DNA of 64,000 nucleotides from Geosiphon pyriformis uo1 (lineage: Eukaryota; Fungi; Glomeromycota): NCBI GenBank assembly GCA_016748015.1, contig JAAOMT010000200.1, forward strand, positions 60,984 to 124,983, in the 5' to 3' direction. The notes under the pieces were generated by a model that ran no database searches, was not told the DNA's origin, and saw nothing but the letters and a program-made list of their open reading frames with translations. This document shows, piece after piece, positions 12,370 to 24,519 of this stretch. Every line of letters begins with the position of its first letter. Position 1 is the stretch's first letter. Made by a program: the position numbers and the translations under genes.

Positions 12370-13737
12370 ACACAGGTGAAGAATTTCGCATAATTTGCTG
12401 ATGATCCTTTTGCGAGGACATCAGGATATAAATTCTAAAATCTGCTTTTTTCTACAATATTTGCATCTGAATAGAAATGTCTTTTTCTTTATCAACCTCT
12501 CTATTCACAAATTAAATTTTAATAATTCTCAAATAGACATAGACCTAGACTTAGACTTAATTTTAATTGTAGATAATAATTCATAATGATGTCGAACAAA
12601 CTTAGCGGTTAGGCATGACATCTAATATTCGATCGCCTTTAATACATACTTGGGTGGTTTCATCAAAATCCGGACTTGGGATCCCTCCCAAATTCGGTAA
12701 AATTATTTATGACAGAATTTGAGGAAGCTGTATAATATATTGATATTATACACTCACAACAACTTGTATGTTATAACGGATAATATGGCGTTTTTGTTTG
12801 AAAAACTTCGCAAGAAAACCCAACACACATTGTCAGATTGGTTGGGTACTTACTAAAGACAAAATGTGGTGCAAATGAGCAAAAATTTTACTAAAACACC
12901 TTATCGCTTATTTGTTGGTGTGTGCTTTTCATAACGGATATGATTAATCAGGCATGATCTGTAATATCAATACAACAGGCTGGATTTTATGAGAGTCAGT
13001 TTGCAACATTCTTTAGAAGATATACTGTGCTTTTGATCTTTTTATTTTTTAAATGTGGCAAAAAGATTTTCCAAACTAAAAAACAGAACCAAGATTTGGT
13101 AAAGAAAAAGAAATCGTTCGCTTTTCTGATTGCCAAGGTTTGTATTGAACAAAAGAAGAAATCTGAGTTGCGTTACTACGGTTACTCTAAGTAGAGTGTG
13201 AGAGGCAGGTAGTGCCATCATATACCAATGTTTTTTGCGGTGGTGGGGAAATTTTGTAGGTTCGTACGCGGTATGTTAAATTTAATATAAAAAAAAAACA
13301 ATTGTGATCTTGGTAAGGTCTTGTAAAATCCTTGGAATACTCCAGCTAGAAACCAATTATAATACAATGAGCAGTAATAAAAAAGGAAAGGGATATGGAC
13401 GATTCAAAGGAACTGTACCAAGACAGATAATGTTGCTAATGCTTTGGAGAGATGAGATGAATGGAAGCAACTTTTGGGCTAGGATAAAAGAATGGATATA
13501 AATAAGTAGTTCCAATTAATTGAGAATCAAATTTGGCCCGCAAAAAAGATGCGTGTCAAAAAAATGAGGGAGAGGAGGTTTGAAGAAAAATACAAAAACA
13601 GAATGGACATTTTTTTCTGTACAAAATAATTATATATCAACTTGAAGTAAAAGAAAGGGATTAGTAAGCGGCTGCCGTGAGATTGAATGCCGGAATTGCT
13701 GATGGGAGTAAATGAAGGATAAGTCAGAAAAGTTTTA

Positions 13738-14979
13738 TTAGGGACATGTTAAAATTCGAAATCGATCAAGTACTGATTTATGGTATTTCGGCATACCAGC
13801 GTATTCCTTGTATTCAGGGCTCAATGGACCTGAGCCAAAAGCATAAATTACATTGTTGTCATTGCCATCTACAGAAAATGATTAAAAGGTTAGTTAATTT
13901 TTTGAAAAATAAAATTTTAAAATACATCAAAAAAGACCCAACTCACTTTGATCGCGCAATGTTGGCAGATCGAGATTAATACACCAATGACCATCGACAA
14001 CAAACTTGAATTGGTGTTGCTTCGTTCCATCAATTGGAACTACAGCGACAAAGTATCCAGAGACTGGCTCTTTATGCATTTTGTGGGTCGCTATTACAAT
14101 TTCATTTGATTAGTTGAAGAAATTAATATCATAATATCTAATCATGAAATAATAGTCACGTGAATAAATCTCAATACCTTGCCAGTTGTCAAAATCACCG
14201 GTGATAAAGACTTCATGACCGCCATGTTTCCAATCGAATTGAATTGGAGTAAAAGTGGAAGAACTATTTTTATGTATATACTCATGGGATGTTTTCATCT
14301 CAAGTGGAGCCAATTGAGCAACTCTTTCTCTACGATCGAGTCCTTTTACTGTTTCTATTGGTTTAATTTCCGGTTCGGAAACAAGTTGGGAAGGAATTGA
14401 TTCGTCTTTCTTATTCTGTACCGGATCTTGGGTAGTTTTTAGCGTTATCGAGGTTGTCTTTTCTGAGTCAGAGATTTCCGATATGTTGCTTTCAATCACC
14501 GGTTCCTCTTTTTTGACCTCAATTGTTACAGGCACGGTTTCATCGGATTTTTTGGAATCGACTACACTTACCGTCTCCGTTGTAATTTTTAATTCTGGAT
14601 TTTGATCGATTTTATCTGGTTTCAATTCGGTCAATGTTCCAGTGATAATTTTTTCTTCGGCTTTTCTAGTCGGTTTAGAGACCACGGAAGACTTTAGGTC
14701 TCTTGTTAATTCCCCCGAAATATTGTTCGTACCAGTGGTGGTCGATTTAATGGTGATATTTTGGCGGGCAGGCTTTGTAGCACGAGCCGGAGCTTGAGTT
14801 ATGGCTTTCATGTCGGTAGGTGTAGTTTTTCGTACCGTTACCTTAACGTCGGTCACTCTCACATCTTCCCCTTTCAGTATATAGAGAATCTGTAATAAGA
14901 GAGCCAATACTAATTGTAAGACGAGGGTAAGACATTTATCGACCCAGAAACTTGGGGAAAGGATTTTTGGAAGAACCAT
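13738..14979 (-). CDS. Glycogen-binding CBM48 (AMPK1_CBM) protein with N-terminal hydrophobic helix and long Thr/Lys/Glu-rich linker, 3 exons
   Basis: Spliced C-terminus FDWKHGGHEVFITGDFDNWQATHKMHKE...QFKFVVDGHW...DQNGNDNNVI is a canonical CBM48. N-terminal CLTLVLQLVLALLLQILYIL. No AMPK-beta C-terminal domain. Stop TAA at 13738. Confidence 0.85.
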
Positions 14980-16827
14980 GTTTTCGGGATAACCGAGTAA
15001 TAAACAAGTTTAAATGTTTGAGCGAGTGGCAATGAATGAACTAAGAAATGAGGTTGGAAGCCTTTTAGACAAAAGATTGCGATTGATGAGAATCTAAAGT
15101 TATAGAATTTGCCTGCTTGACGAGCCTGCTAGGCAAACATACGAGAGAGAATTAGAATTTTGGGTAAAAATTAATTTTGCGGGCTGCGAATTTAGACTTC
15201 TTTTTATGTATGAATGTGTGTGTGAGAAACGCGGTGGGGAGGGGGGGGGTATGATATATTGGTAAGTGTTAAGTTTTTTTTTGGGGGTGGGGGGTGTGCT
15301 ACGACGATGATGATACTTGAAATGACTGGTATTACTACAAAAGGTTTTTGTGTAAAACCTAGGGGAAATAATTAACCTTAACAGATTTGTACGCTTGTAT
15401 CTTTCAATGATTAATAAAAAAATAAAATAAGTTTAAAATTGATAAATAATTTTTTAGAGTGGAAAGTTGAAATAAAAAAAGAAGTTAATCGAAATCTAAC
15501 AACTGACGAAGTCACTGTTTTTCCCAAACAAAAAATTTTCATATCGCAATATCTTGCTTTCCTTTTTCATTTAAATTTATTCCAAACATACACAAAAAAA
15601 AATATGCACTAAAAAAACCATAGAAATTTTTGGTGGTCATTATTTTTTTAACGATGAAAAGTGAGAATTTGGCGTACCAAAAATTATATTGATCATGATG
15701 TACAAAACGTGAAAGGGAAAAAAACAAAAATGGGGGGGGGGGAAAATTTTGAAAAAAAAATATTCGGAATACTTTATGCTGCAACAATTGAGAGATATAA
15801 TATGATCTCTCAAACAGTTGATACTTTTTAGCAACTTTTCTTGTTGATTCCTGTAAGGTTCGAAAGCCCAATCATGCAATTTAAGCATCACTGCAACCTT
15901 CATTCCGTTCCAAGCTGCAGTTCAATTGGATAATAAAAAGCTTTACTTAGTTTATAAACAGTTCAAGAAAAAAAGGGGCGCCACTAAAAAAAATATGAAT
16001 GATTTAAATTGATAACTGAAAGAATCATTTTCCAAACATCGCGTCTTCTCATTTTAATCAACGCGTCAAATTTCTCATGATTGAAGCCAGGAGATTATAG
16101 GGAAAGGCGCGTAGAAAATGGCTTAATTTACTCACACTCCTAAACATCTGCAAGTAGATATTAAAGATAACAATATCAAAGGCCAAATTGCTTAATATAG
16201 GGGGTCCCCAATGCACAGTATCACTTGTATCAGGTAATCTAAAGTGCCGCTCGGGGAATAATATATAATTTCTCAGGAAGAAATTTTTTTTTTGGGTTAT
16301 GATCGCTGTAATTGAAACAGACTAATAAGTGACCCAATGTGGCTACACGTTACAAAAAAAAAGGTAATGGAAACAGTATAAAAAACCTTAAATCATCCCA
16401 CTGCGATGATGAAAAGTTTGGCAGGTATTTTTTTTTTTGGCTTGAAAATTTATTTTCATAATATTGTGAGTAATAACATGTATAGAGAATAATTTTTTAT
16501 CAAATGTTCAAGCCAAAATTCCAAAATTAGAAAACTTTCGTTACCGATAACATTGGTGATAATACCTTTAGAAGGACCAATGGCTTTTGGGATAGTATCA
16601 ACACTTCAAAAAGTGGCGTTTTTTGTTGCGCATGAATTCGACAGCTTGCCCGTTTTCAAATAGGACAAAAAGACGATGATATTTTTTTTTTTTAAGAATA
16701 AAGCAGATAATAGCAAATCTTCTTTAATCTCTCATCCTCGATAAAGTTGGTGGGGAAACACTTTTGAATTTATCAAAGTGTCAAAATAAGTTAATTCAAA
16801 AAGAAAACGTATGATCAATTAACTGGT

Positions 16828-16864
16828 GATGATGATGATGATGACAATGATGATGATGATGATG
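16828..16864. repeat. (GAT)n microsatellite, interrupted
   Basis: Directly visible tandem GAT units. Confidence 0.9.
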
Positions 16865-17098
16865 AGTATGAACGGAAAAGAAATTAATAAAGTTGATGGA
16901 TAATTTTCCCACAACACTCTTCAGGTTAAAGAAAGATCAGCAGATTGTGTGAATTACATTAATAATTTATGATCACCATACTTAAATTAAATGATTAAAT
17001 GATTTCATAAGCTAACTTGATCAAAAAAAAATAGCATTAACGAAAGAAAATAGCTAATTTCTAATAAAATCGAGTTTTATAGGTTTTCGATTGATTAA

Positions 17099-17099
<1 letters not shown>

Positions 17100-17150
<51 letters not shown>
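17100..17150. repeat. (TTA)n microsatellite
   Basis: Directly visible perfect tandem TTA run. Confidence 0.95.
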
Positions 17151-17151
<1 letters not shown>

Positions 17152-19368
17152 GTTAATAGCAAATGTATAATGTAAACTATAAAAGGTTACTTATCAACTT
17201 TAAATTGTGTTAAGATTTCTCAAGATAATATATTGGTAAAAAGGCGATTGTGGTAAAATTAATAATTTGTGATATTTTATTCAAAGTGAGAAAATATCAT
17301 ATTTTCAGGTATCTTTATTCTCGCACTAGAATTTATTTTTTATCAACTTTGCCATAATACTCTGTTTTATTTTTTATTTTTTAAAAAAAACTTTTGTATT
17401 TTTTACACCTAATCTTTAATGAAGTGAAGTGAATTGAATTGAAATTATTATAAAATTATTTCAAGTATTTTTTTTTCAATTAATAAAAATATGACATTTT
17501 GAAAATTATAAAATAAATTTTGAATTTTTTAATAAAAAATATATATATTTATATATTGGTTAAGAAAATTCTGGTTTTTTTGCTTTTTCCTATAGATGTC
17601 AAACATAATAATATAATTCCAAAAAATTAATATTCTTAAGATTTCTACTTTGATTCCAGCAAATCAAAAACAAAAAAAATTGAATATGTTTCACAAGTTT
17701 CGATTTAACTTTTTTTTTGACGACTTTATTTACGGAGTCTTAAAATTATGTAAAAAAAAAAAAGAAAAAAAAGAAAAAAAAAAAACGGACAATAGTCTAC
17801 GACAACAGTCTTTCAAGATTTTAATATTGATGCAGTTTTATTTTGGTTCCCTTCTGTCGGAAAGATTTTTTTTAAAAGATAATGTAAGTCTCTCATACGT
17901 CGCCAATCGTGTCTTGTCATACATATACAGGTTCTAGTAAACAAATATTATTTGTTTGTTGATTCCAAGAATGTAAAATAGATCAATGACACTCTAATTT
18001 CATTATTTTGATCCCAACCTTTTAACAGTGTAACTCTGTTTTTTTAAACAAATAATAATTTTTTACCCCGCAAAAAAAAATTTTTTTAAAAAAATTAAAA
18101 AATCTTGTTAAAAATATTTAAAAATTGTCATCGGCTGTAACTTGTTCTTCTAAAGATTTGAAATTAAAGTTTTTTCTCAAAGAGATCTATTTTTAAATGA
18201 TTTTTTTTGGTTTAACTAATAGGTAATTGCAAAATAATTTTTTTTTAAATCAATGATTTCATCTTTTATAAAACTTAAATGAAAAAAAAAAATCCCAAAA
18301 ATCGAGACTGCCTTAATGGTTTAAAAAAAGGTTGTTCATTTGATATGAAATTAATACATCCGTAATATATAAATTTTACAAATCTCATTTTAGGGATGAA
18401 AACGAACACACTATCTTTAACACATCAAGTTAGTTCGTCCAATAAACCCTGAATTCTTAAAAAATAGCAGATTTGAAAAAATAGGGAGGCATTGAAAATT
18501 TAAAAAAAAAAATTTATAAAATAAAAATATTGGTGAGATACCTCCATCAGATAATACACAACAAACAGGCTAAGATATCGTGCACATTTTCAGAATATAC
18601 CGATCTCTGGTAATTAATCGCGAAAAAAATTTTAAATTCATTCTTTTATAAAATTGTTTTTAAAAATAATATATTTCTGAAACTCTCTCTCTCTCACATG
18701 ATCAAAATTATCTAATTTATTCCAGACAACACTATTTCAAAAATGGTATAGAGTTTTGTTTAAGATAGCTTTTTTATATCAGATTGCATCACCATTTTTT
18801 AGTGTTACCTGTGATATGATTAAAGGAAATTTGGCTTGATTGTTGATTATGGTCGAACCCTATACTATTCGATAATCTCATTTGGGATCATAACATACTA
18901 ATCTTATTTTTTTGTTTCTTGATTTTGTATAAAGAAAATTCTATCTTTAATTTGAATATACAGATCTGGTAACAACCAATTTTGTATTTAAAGTATGCCT
19001 ATTTTCGTGAAATATTTATATTTTTGAATCGAGCTCAAGAATGTTCCGCTCTGAACATCTATATTGACAGTTGAATTTTATTTACCATTATTCGGTTCAT
19101 CATTATTTTCATAAATTAATCAAAATAGAATAATCTCATCATTTGGGTTGATGAAATTCCCATAGTCCTAAAATTAGAGAAATCTAAATCTCAGACTGAT
19201 GGTCACTTTATAATTTCTTTTATTTTTGTAAATTGTAATCATGAAAGTGACCTTCATAGGTTACGAAATTTCAATAAAACGAAACTTTCTAAGAAAATAA
19301 AAGGGTGATCAAATCAAAGAGATGATATAATTTTTTTCATTTGTCCATTCACACAGTAGCGGTTAAAA

Positions 19369-21208
19369 TTACTGTGACGGACGCGGAAGAATTGCTTGAA
19401 ACGATCTCGCGGTGAAATTTGAAATATATTCATGGTAAATTTCAGACCCTTTGGAAAGTGTGACATCGAATTGATCATTTGATGACGAATAGGAGACACA
19501 ATTTACACCAGGTAAGTCCAAATCTAGTGAATCACTTGTGGGTACTTCATTCATTCTATTTGCAGAATGAGAAAGAGATTTCCTTTTGGATGTTACCGAA
19601 CTCTTCTTATTTGGGTTTGAACCTCCTATGGCCATCTTTGCTTCATGAGCTTTGTTCAGGTGATATCGTAAGCCATTAGAATTCTTGTAACTCTTTTTGC
19701 AACCAGGATAGGTACATTTATGTGGCTTAGAGGCTGCTTCAGAGTTAACTTCCTCAGAACCATTGTTTGGATGGCCAGAACTTCCTTTTGCGTAATTGAT
19801 ATGATACACCAATCCATTAATATTTTTATATCTTTTATTACATCCAGGGATCGCGCATTGAAAAGGTTGATCAATATCGTTTAAGGTCGGATGCGCCCTC
19901 TTCATATGGTAGTATAATACATCCGAATTAGGAGAATTGTAGACACATCCTGATATACCACATCCGTAAGGTTTTTTCGTGGAAACGTTATCCGGACGAA
20001 TCCCCATTGGTGTTTTAACGGGAGAATGGGCATTTGAGAGGAGAGAATTAGTTGAAGTTTCAATTAATTCTAAATTTCGTGGCTGATTCTCCGAAATTGG
20101 TAAACTTGGAGATAATAATGAAGCAATGCTTGGATCACTAGATGCCGTAGATGTTGTTGCCAAGTTGTCCTCCATGAGAGTTCCTGAATAGACTTCTTCT
20201 AGCGACCCTGTAGTTCTCAATGAACCCTCTATTATTGGAGACATTGTAGGGATTGGAAGAATCGTTTCTTCTAAAATATTTGGGGTTGTGATGCTTGAAT
20301 CTGAAAATGGTGATATTTCTTCTTCCAAATGCATCAAGCTGGTTGTTGAAATATTTAAAGATGTTTCGTTGGCTGTCATTAGTATGGTTTCATTGGGATT
20401 ATCAATCGTCATTGATTCCGTTCTTTTTTGTAAGTTTCTCTGAATTTTTCTCCATCTATTACGACAATGTAATCCAGGACGGCCAGGAAAAAAGCCTGCA
20501 ATCTGTTGCCATTGACTGCCATACTCTGCATATTTCTTTTCTAACAATTCATCCTCTTGTTGAGTCCAATGCTGTTTTAAAATCTCTGGATTTAGACTTT
20601 CTCGCCAGCGCTTCGCACATTGATCATCGGTTCTGCCAGGTATAGTTTCAGCAATTTTGCTCCATTTTCCTTGATATTGTGCATAACCTGCTCTCAGCAA
20701 GTCGTCTTCTTCTGTAGTCCAAGGACCTTTTCTTAAACTTGGATCAAGAGAGTGAAACCATCTCTTTCTACAATTTTTATTTGTTCGTCCAGGCACACAA
20801 GCAGCTATTTTTGACCATTTCTCACTCTTTTCACCATAGATTTGAACAGCAAGACGAAGTAAATTATCTTCCTCGCTTGTCCAAGGACTCCTATCGTTTC
20901 TCTGTTTTAAAGATTTTGTTGTTGCAGTAGAAGGAAGATTCAAAGGGGGAAGAGTATTGGCAAGGTTAGTGGCCGGCTGATTTGAGACAAGATCAGTTGG
21001 ATAGGAAAAAATATTGGTTGTTGGTGGAGGGAGACGAAGCGGCCCCAGCCCTTCCTGTTGTGGTGAAGAAGCATTATTACTAGAATACTATAATATCAAG
21101 AGTTGAAAAAAATATCATTTTTAATAAATAACTCTTAAAAAGAATGAAAGCTCTGCCAATAAATATCTCAAAAGAAATACTTCAAAGGGAAGTTTCGCAA
21201 CCTACCAT
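19369..21208 (-). CDS. Transcription factor with three MYB repeats plus three C2H2 zinc fingers (Sfp1/JAZF-like)
   Basis: Three W-spaced MYB repeats (PWTSEED..., KGPWTTEED..., HWTQQED...); fingers C-x4-C...KRYKNINGLVYH and C-x4-C.KSYKNSNGLRYH. The frame stays open upstream to an acceptor at 21088. A probable ATG-only first exon lies at 21208-21206, followed by GTAGGT. Confidence 0.88.
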
Positions 21209-22219
21209 TGAAATTGGTGGGATTTTTTTAGTCCCTAAACGATAAGAATTCTACACGGACTCTACACGGAGAAGGTAAACCCCAAAAAAATTTTGGAAAT
21301 CGGAGGTATGATATTAGTTAGTGGTATAATTCCAAAATTAGTTATGATTCACGAATCGGAGATATCACAAGACGGTCAAGGCTCAAAGGCTAGACTCGCC
21401 TCAGGGACTCACTAAAGATTTGGACGCCAATTGACCATTTTTGGAAAGGTTTTAAAGAAAAGCAATTGCAAGTTGTGAAAGTGGCATGTCGTGAGAGTAT
21501 GGCGATTTCTACGAAGTTGTGTTTAATTCCCAGGGTGTTTGGACGGCTAAAAAATGATACTAATTATAAAAAACTCTCTTCCCTTATTACTTTAGAAAGT
21601 TGGTCAAAGAAATTAATGTTATTCACCATAGTTTGATTTTTACTATGTATTCATTTTATCATGATTTACTTATAGAAAAAAATTATAACTTCGCCACAAT
21701 ATCGTAATTCGCCAAAATATCCCCTTTTACCTTTTATTTTGCAATTTTTTAGTTAAAATTACAAACAGAACGATAATAATAATTTATTTAGTTATATTTT
21801 GTAAGTCTAAAATAATTTTTCCATTTTAATTTAAATATTATGATATAACAATATTATTTTAATGATTTTATTTTTATACAATATCAAATTTTTGTAATAT
21901 ATTTAATAAAGTTATAATTTTATGAATAATTGTAAAAAAATATTTTAAAGTTTCAATATTTTCAAGTTATGTAATTAACTTTGCAATGGTTTCTTTGAAC
22001 AGGAAATTATAATATAAATTTAAACATAACTTTATTTTATAATAACAGTTAAACTGTTTTTTATTTTGAGCTTTTCCTGATAATGCAATTTTAAAACGTA
22101 AATCAATTTCGTAATTAACATCTGGGCCTTTTGAACATTTAGTATAGTTATTACTTCATTATGGGTTAAACACAACTTAAACTTTCAATCCAAGCTTTAC
22201 AATCACTCACCCTAGATGC

Positions 22220-23840
22220 CTAAATGTTAGTAACAAAAGAGCTTTTTGCTTTAACCTGTTCTAATTGTTGAATGATGGAACGTGTCAAGGAGGAATTTGC
22301 CCTTCCTTTAAGTTGCATAGAAGAAAGACCAGATTTGCTATCAGATTGTTGCTTGATTATCTCTAGCTTAGATGTACTTTTGGCATCAGACTTTGAAGAT
22401 GATGAAATTAAAGCCGCTGAGAGTGATGAATTTCCAGATGTTAATTTATCAGAAGGATTATTTTCCAAATATGAAGTTTTATAATTTTCATCAAAAACAA
22501 TGGTAGTTACTGGAGGCGAAAGTGGACCCTATGCAGAAAGTAGATTAATTTTGAATGTTATTTCCTTATTTAACATTATGATCTGTGAGAAATACCTGAC
22601 GGTTTGGTTGATTAAAATGTAATGCAGCCCAAGGAGGATAATCCCGTTCTAATTCCATAATTTTATCTTCCAACACGCGTAAACGTTCATATACATTTAA
22701 GGGAATCGGAGAAACTGAAAAAGTATCAATTGTAAAATTTGTATAGAGAGGATTCCAAAACCAAACATTAGTATCAAAATGAACTTGCTAATTCTTAGAT
22801 TCAAGTGATCTTGTATGTTCGACAATCTTTCTTCTACACCGATTGGTAAATCTGAAATATTTTGATTGGAATCTACTGAATTTGCATAATTTTGTTGACA
22901 GGACAAATTAAACGTTGAACGAGCCAAAGGACCATCCTCGTTATTTACAATTTCAAGTTTCATTTGGATATTTCTATTTATCTCTGCGGCTTCAGTACGT
23001 GCACACGATGATGCTAAAATCCCAATGTAAAATTAGACAAAAGGTGTGAAAATGGAGATAAAATCAATCTTCCTTACATTCATTATCATTCGGATCCTGA
23101 GATTTTCGTAAGAATTCGGCACGGTTGCTATTGTTTATTTCAGATTTCTTGAATTGTGCGAATTCTTCAATTCTTTGTACAATCTAGCCGGAAATTAAAA
23201 TAGTTAAATCTTGAAAGGGATATTTGCAAGTGCAGATAAGAATCTTTGTGTCAACTAACCTCAGAGTGTGTCGCTCGGATTTGTACCTGCTGTGCGTCAA
23301 TTCTTTCTATTCTTTTCACTGGCTTATCCCCCTCTTCTATAAATTTTCGAGTTGGTAGATTAAATAAATTACTTTCAATTCCAGATTAATACAAATATAA
23401 ATGCAAAAAGAAGAAAAGCCAAACCAATTTCTTTTTTCCTTTTTCCGATAATCTTTGAAGGTTCCGAGGCTGTTGAATCGGCTTCCGCAATTTTCGATTT
23501 CCAGAACTTTGGAGATAATAAAGAAATAGATATGGTATCACAATGAAAACTCACATTATGAAATTAGAAATCCCATACATCGAATCCTTGCAAAAGCCAA
23601 TCGATATACTTTGGCATTTCTTCTTCCTTTCTTGAAGGAAACGCTATCATTTCTGTCCTTAAGGCCCTGGAGGTTTCAGCTAATCCAATCTAAATAAAGT
23701 GATAAGTTTCATATTTAAATAAAAAAATAACTAATATGAAGTTGATTATGAAAAGAACTCTTAATCACCTTGAGCAAAAATTCGTCAAGGATTTCAGGCC
23801 ATTCCTTCAACAGCACTCGACGATTTTGTTCTGATTGCAT
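22220..23840 (-). CDS. MBIP-like protein (MAP3K12-binding inhibitory protein 1 family), multi-exon
   Basis: Spliced blocks VQIRATHSE|IVQRIEEFAQFKKSEINNSNRAEF, SCARTEA, VNNEDGP, VEERLSNIQDHLNL and NVYERLRVLEDKIMELERDYP resemble, in order, the conserved blocks I recall for animal MBIP. ATG at 23840. Some exon borders and the 3' end are less certain. Confidence 0.78.
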
Positions 23841-24519
23841 TATTGACTCTGGTTCGGGAGCCAATATTTTGTTATAAGGTAAAAAGGAGCCAAGGATAAT
23901 TGGCTATCGGTGTGGCTGACTATTGTGGAATATGTTTTTCCCACAAGGCTTTTTTTATCAGCCTCTTTGGTTAACAACCAAGGTGTATAACACAAATTTT
24001 ATTTCTTACATTAAATGTGAATTATGTTAAATGTAAATATTTTTAATAATAAATGATATAATAATGATTAATTATTACTTAAAACATAAAATTATAAAAC
24101 TGTTTTTTTAATTAAAATTAAATATACAAAAAATAAAACTTTATAAATAAAATTTTATATTTATTTATATTTTTATATAAACTTTAATATTAATATAATA
24201 CATAATTATAATTTATGAAATACATATTTAATATTATAAACTGTTTGTTCTTATTTTAATTGTAAATGTAATTAGCGTTATATTTCAATTTTGAAAATTT
24301 TATTAAGAAAAATTAATATTTTTAAAAAAAAATTTAATTAAAAATACAATTTATTAATTTTACTAACAAAAAAATTTTTAAAAAAAATTTAATAATACCA
24401 ATTATATTTTTGTTTAAAAAAACACATTAGCCATTTTTTAATAATATACAACTGTTAAAAAAATATCCATGCACGTGTATGGTACCCAAAAGATCCATAT
24501 CTGGATATCGAAAAGATTT

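Noticed and set aside
15539-17937. Short ORFs in the long intergenic region
   Set aside because: Low-complexity homopolymer-derived translations with no splice structure or motifs.
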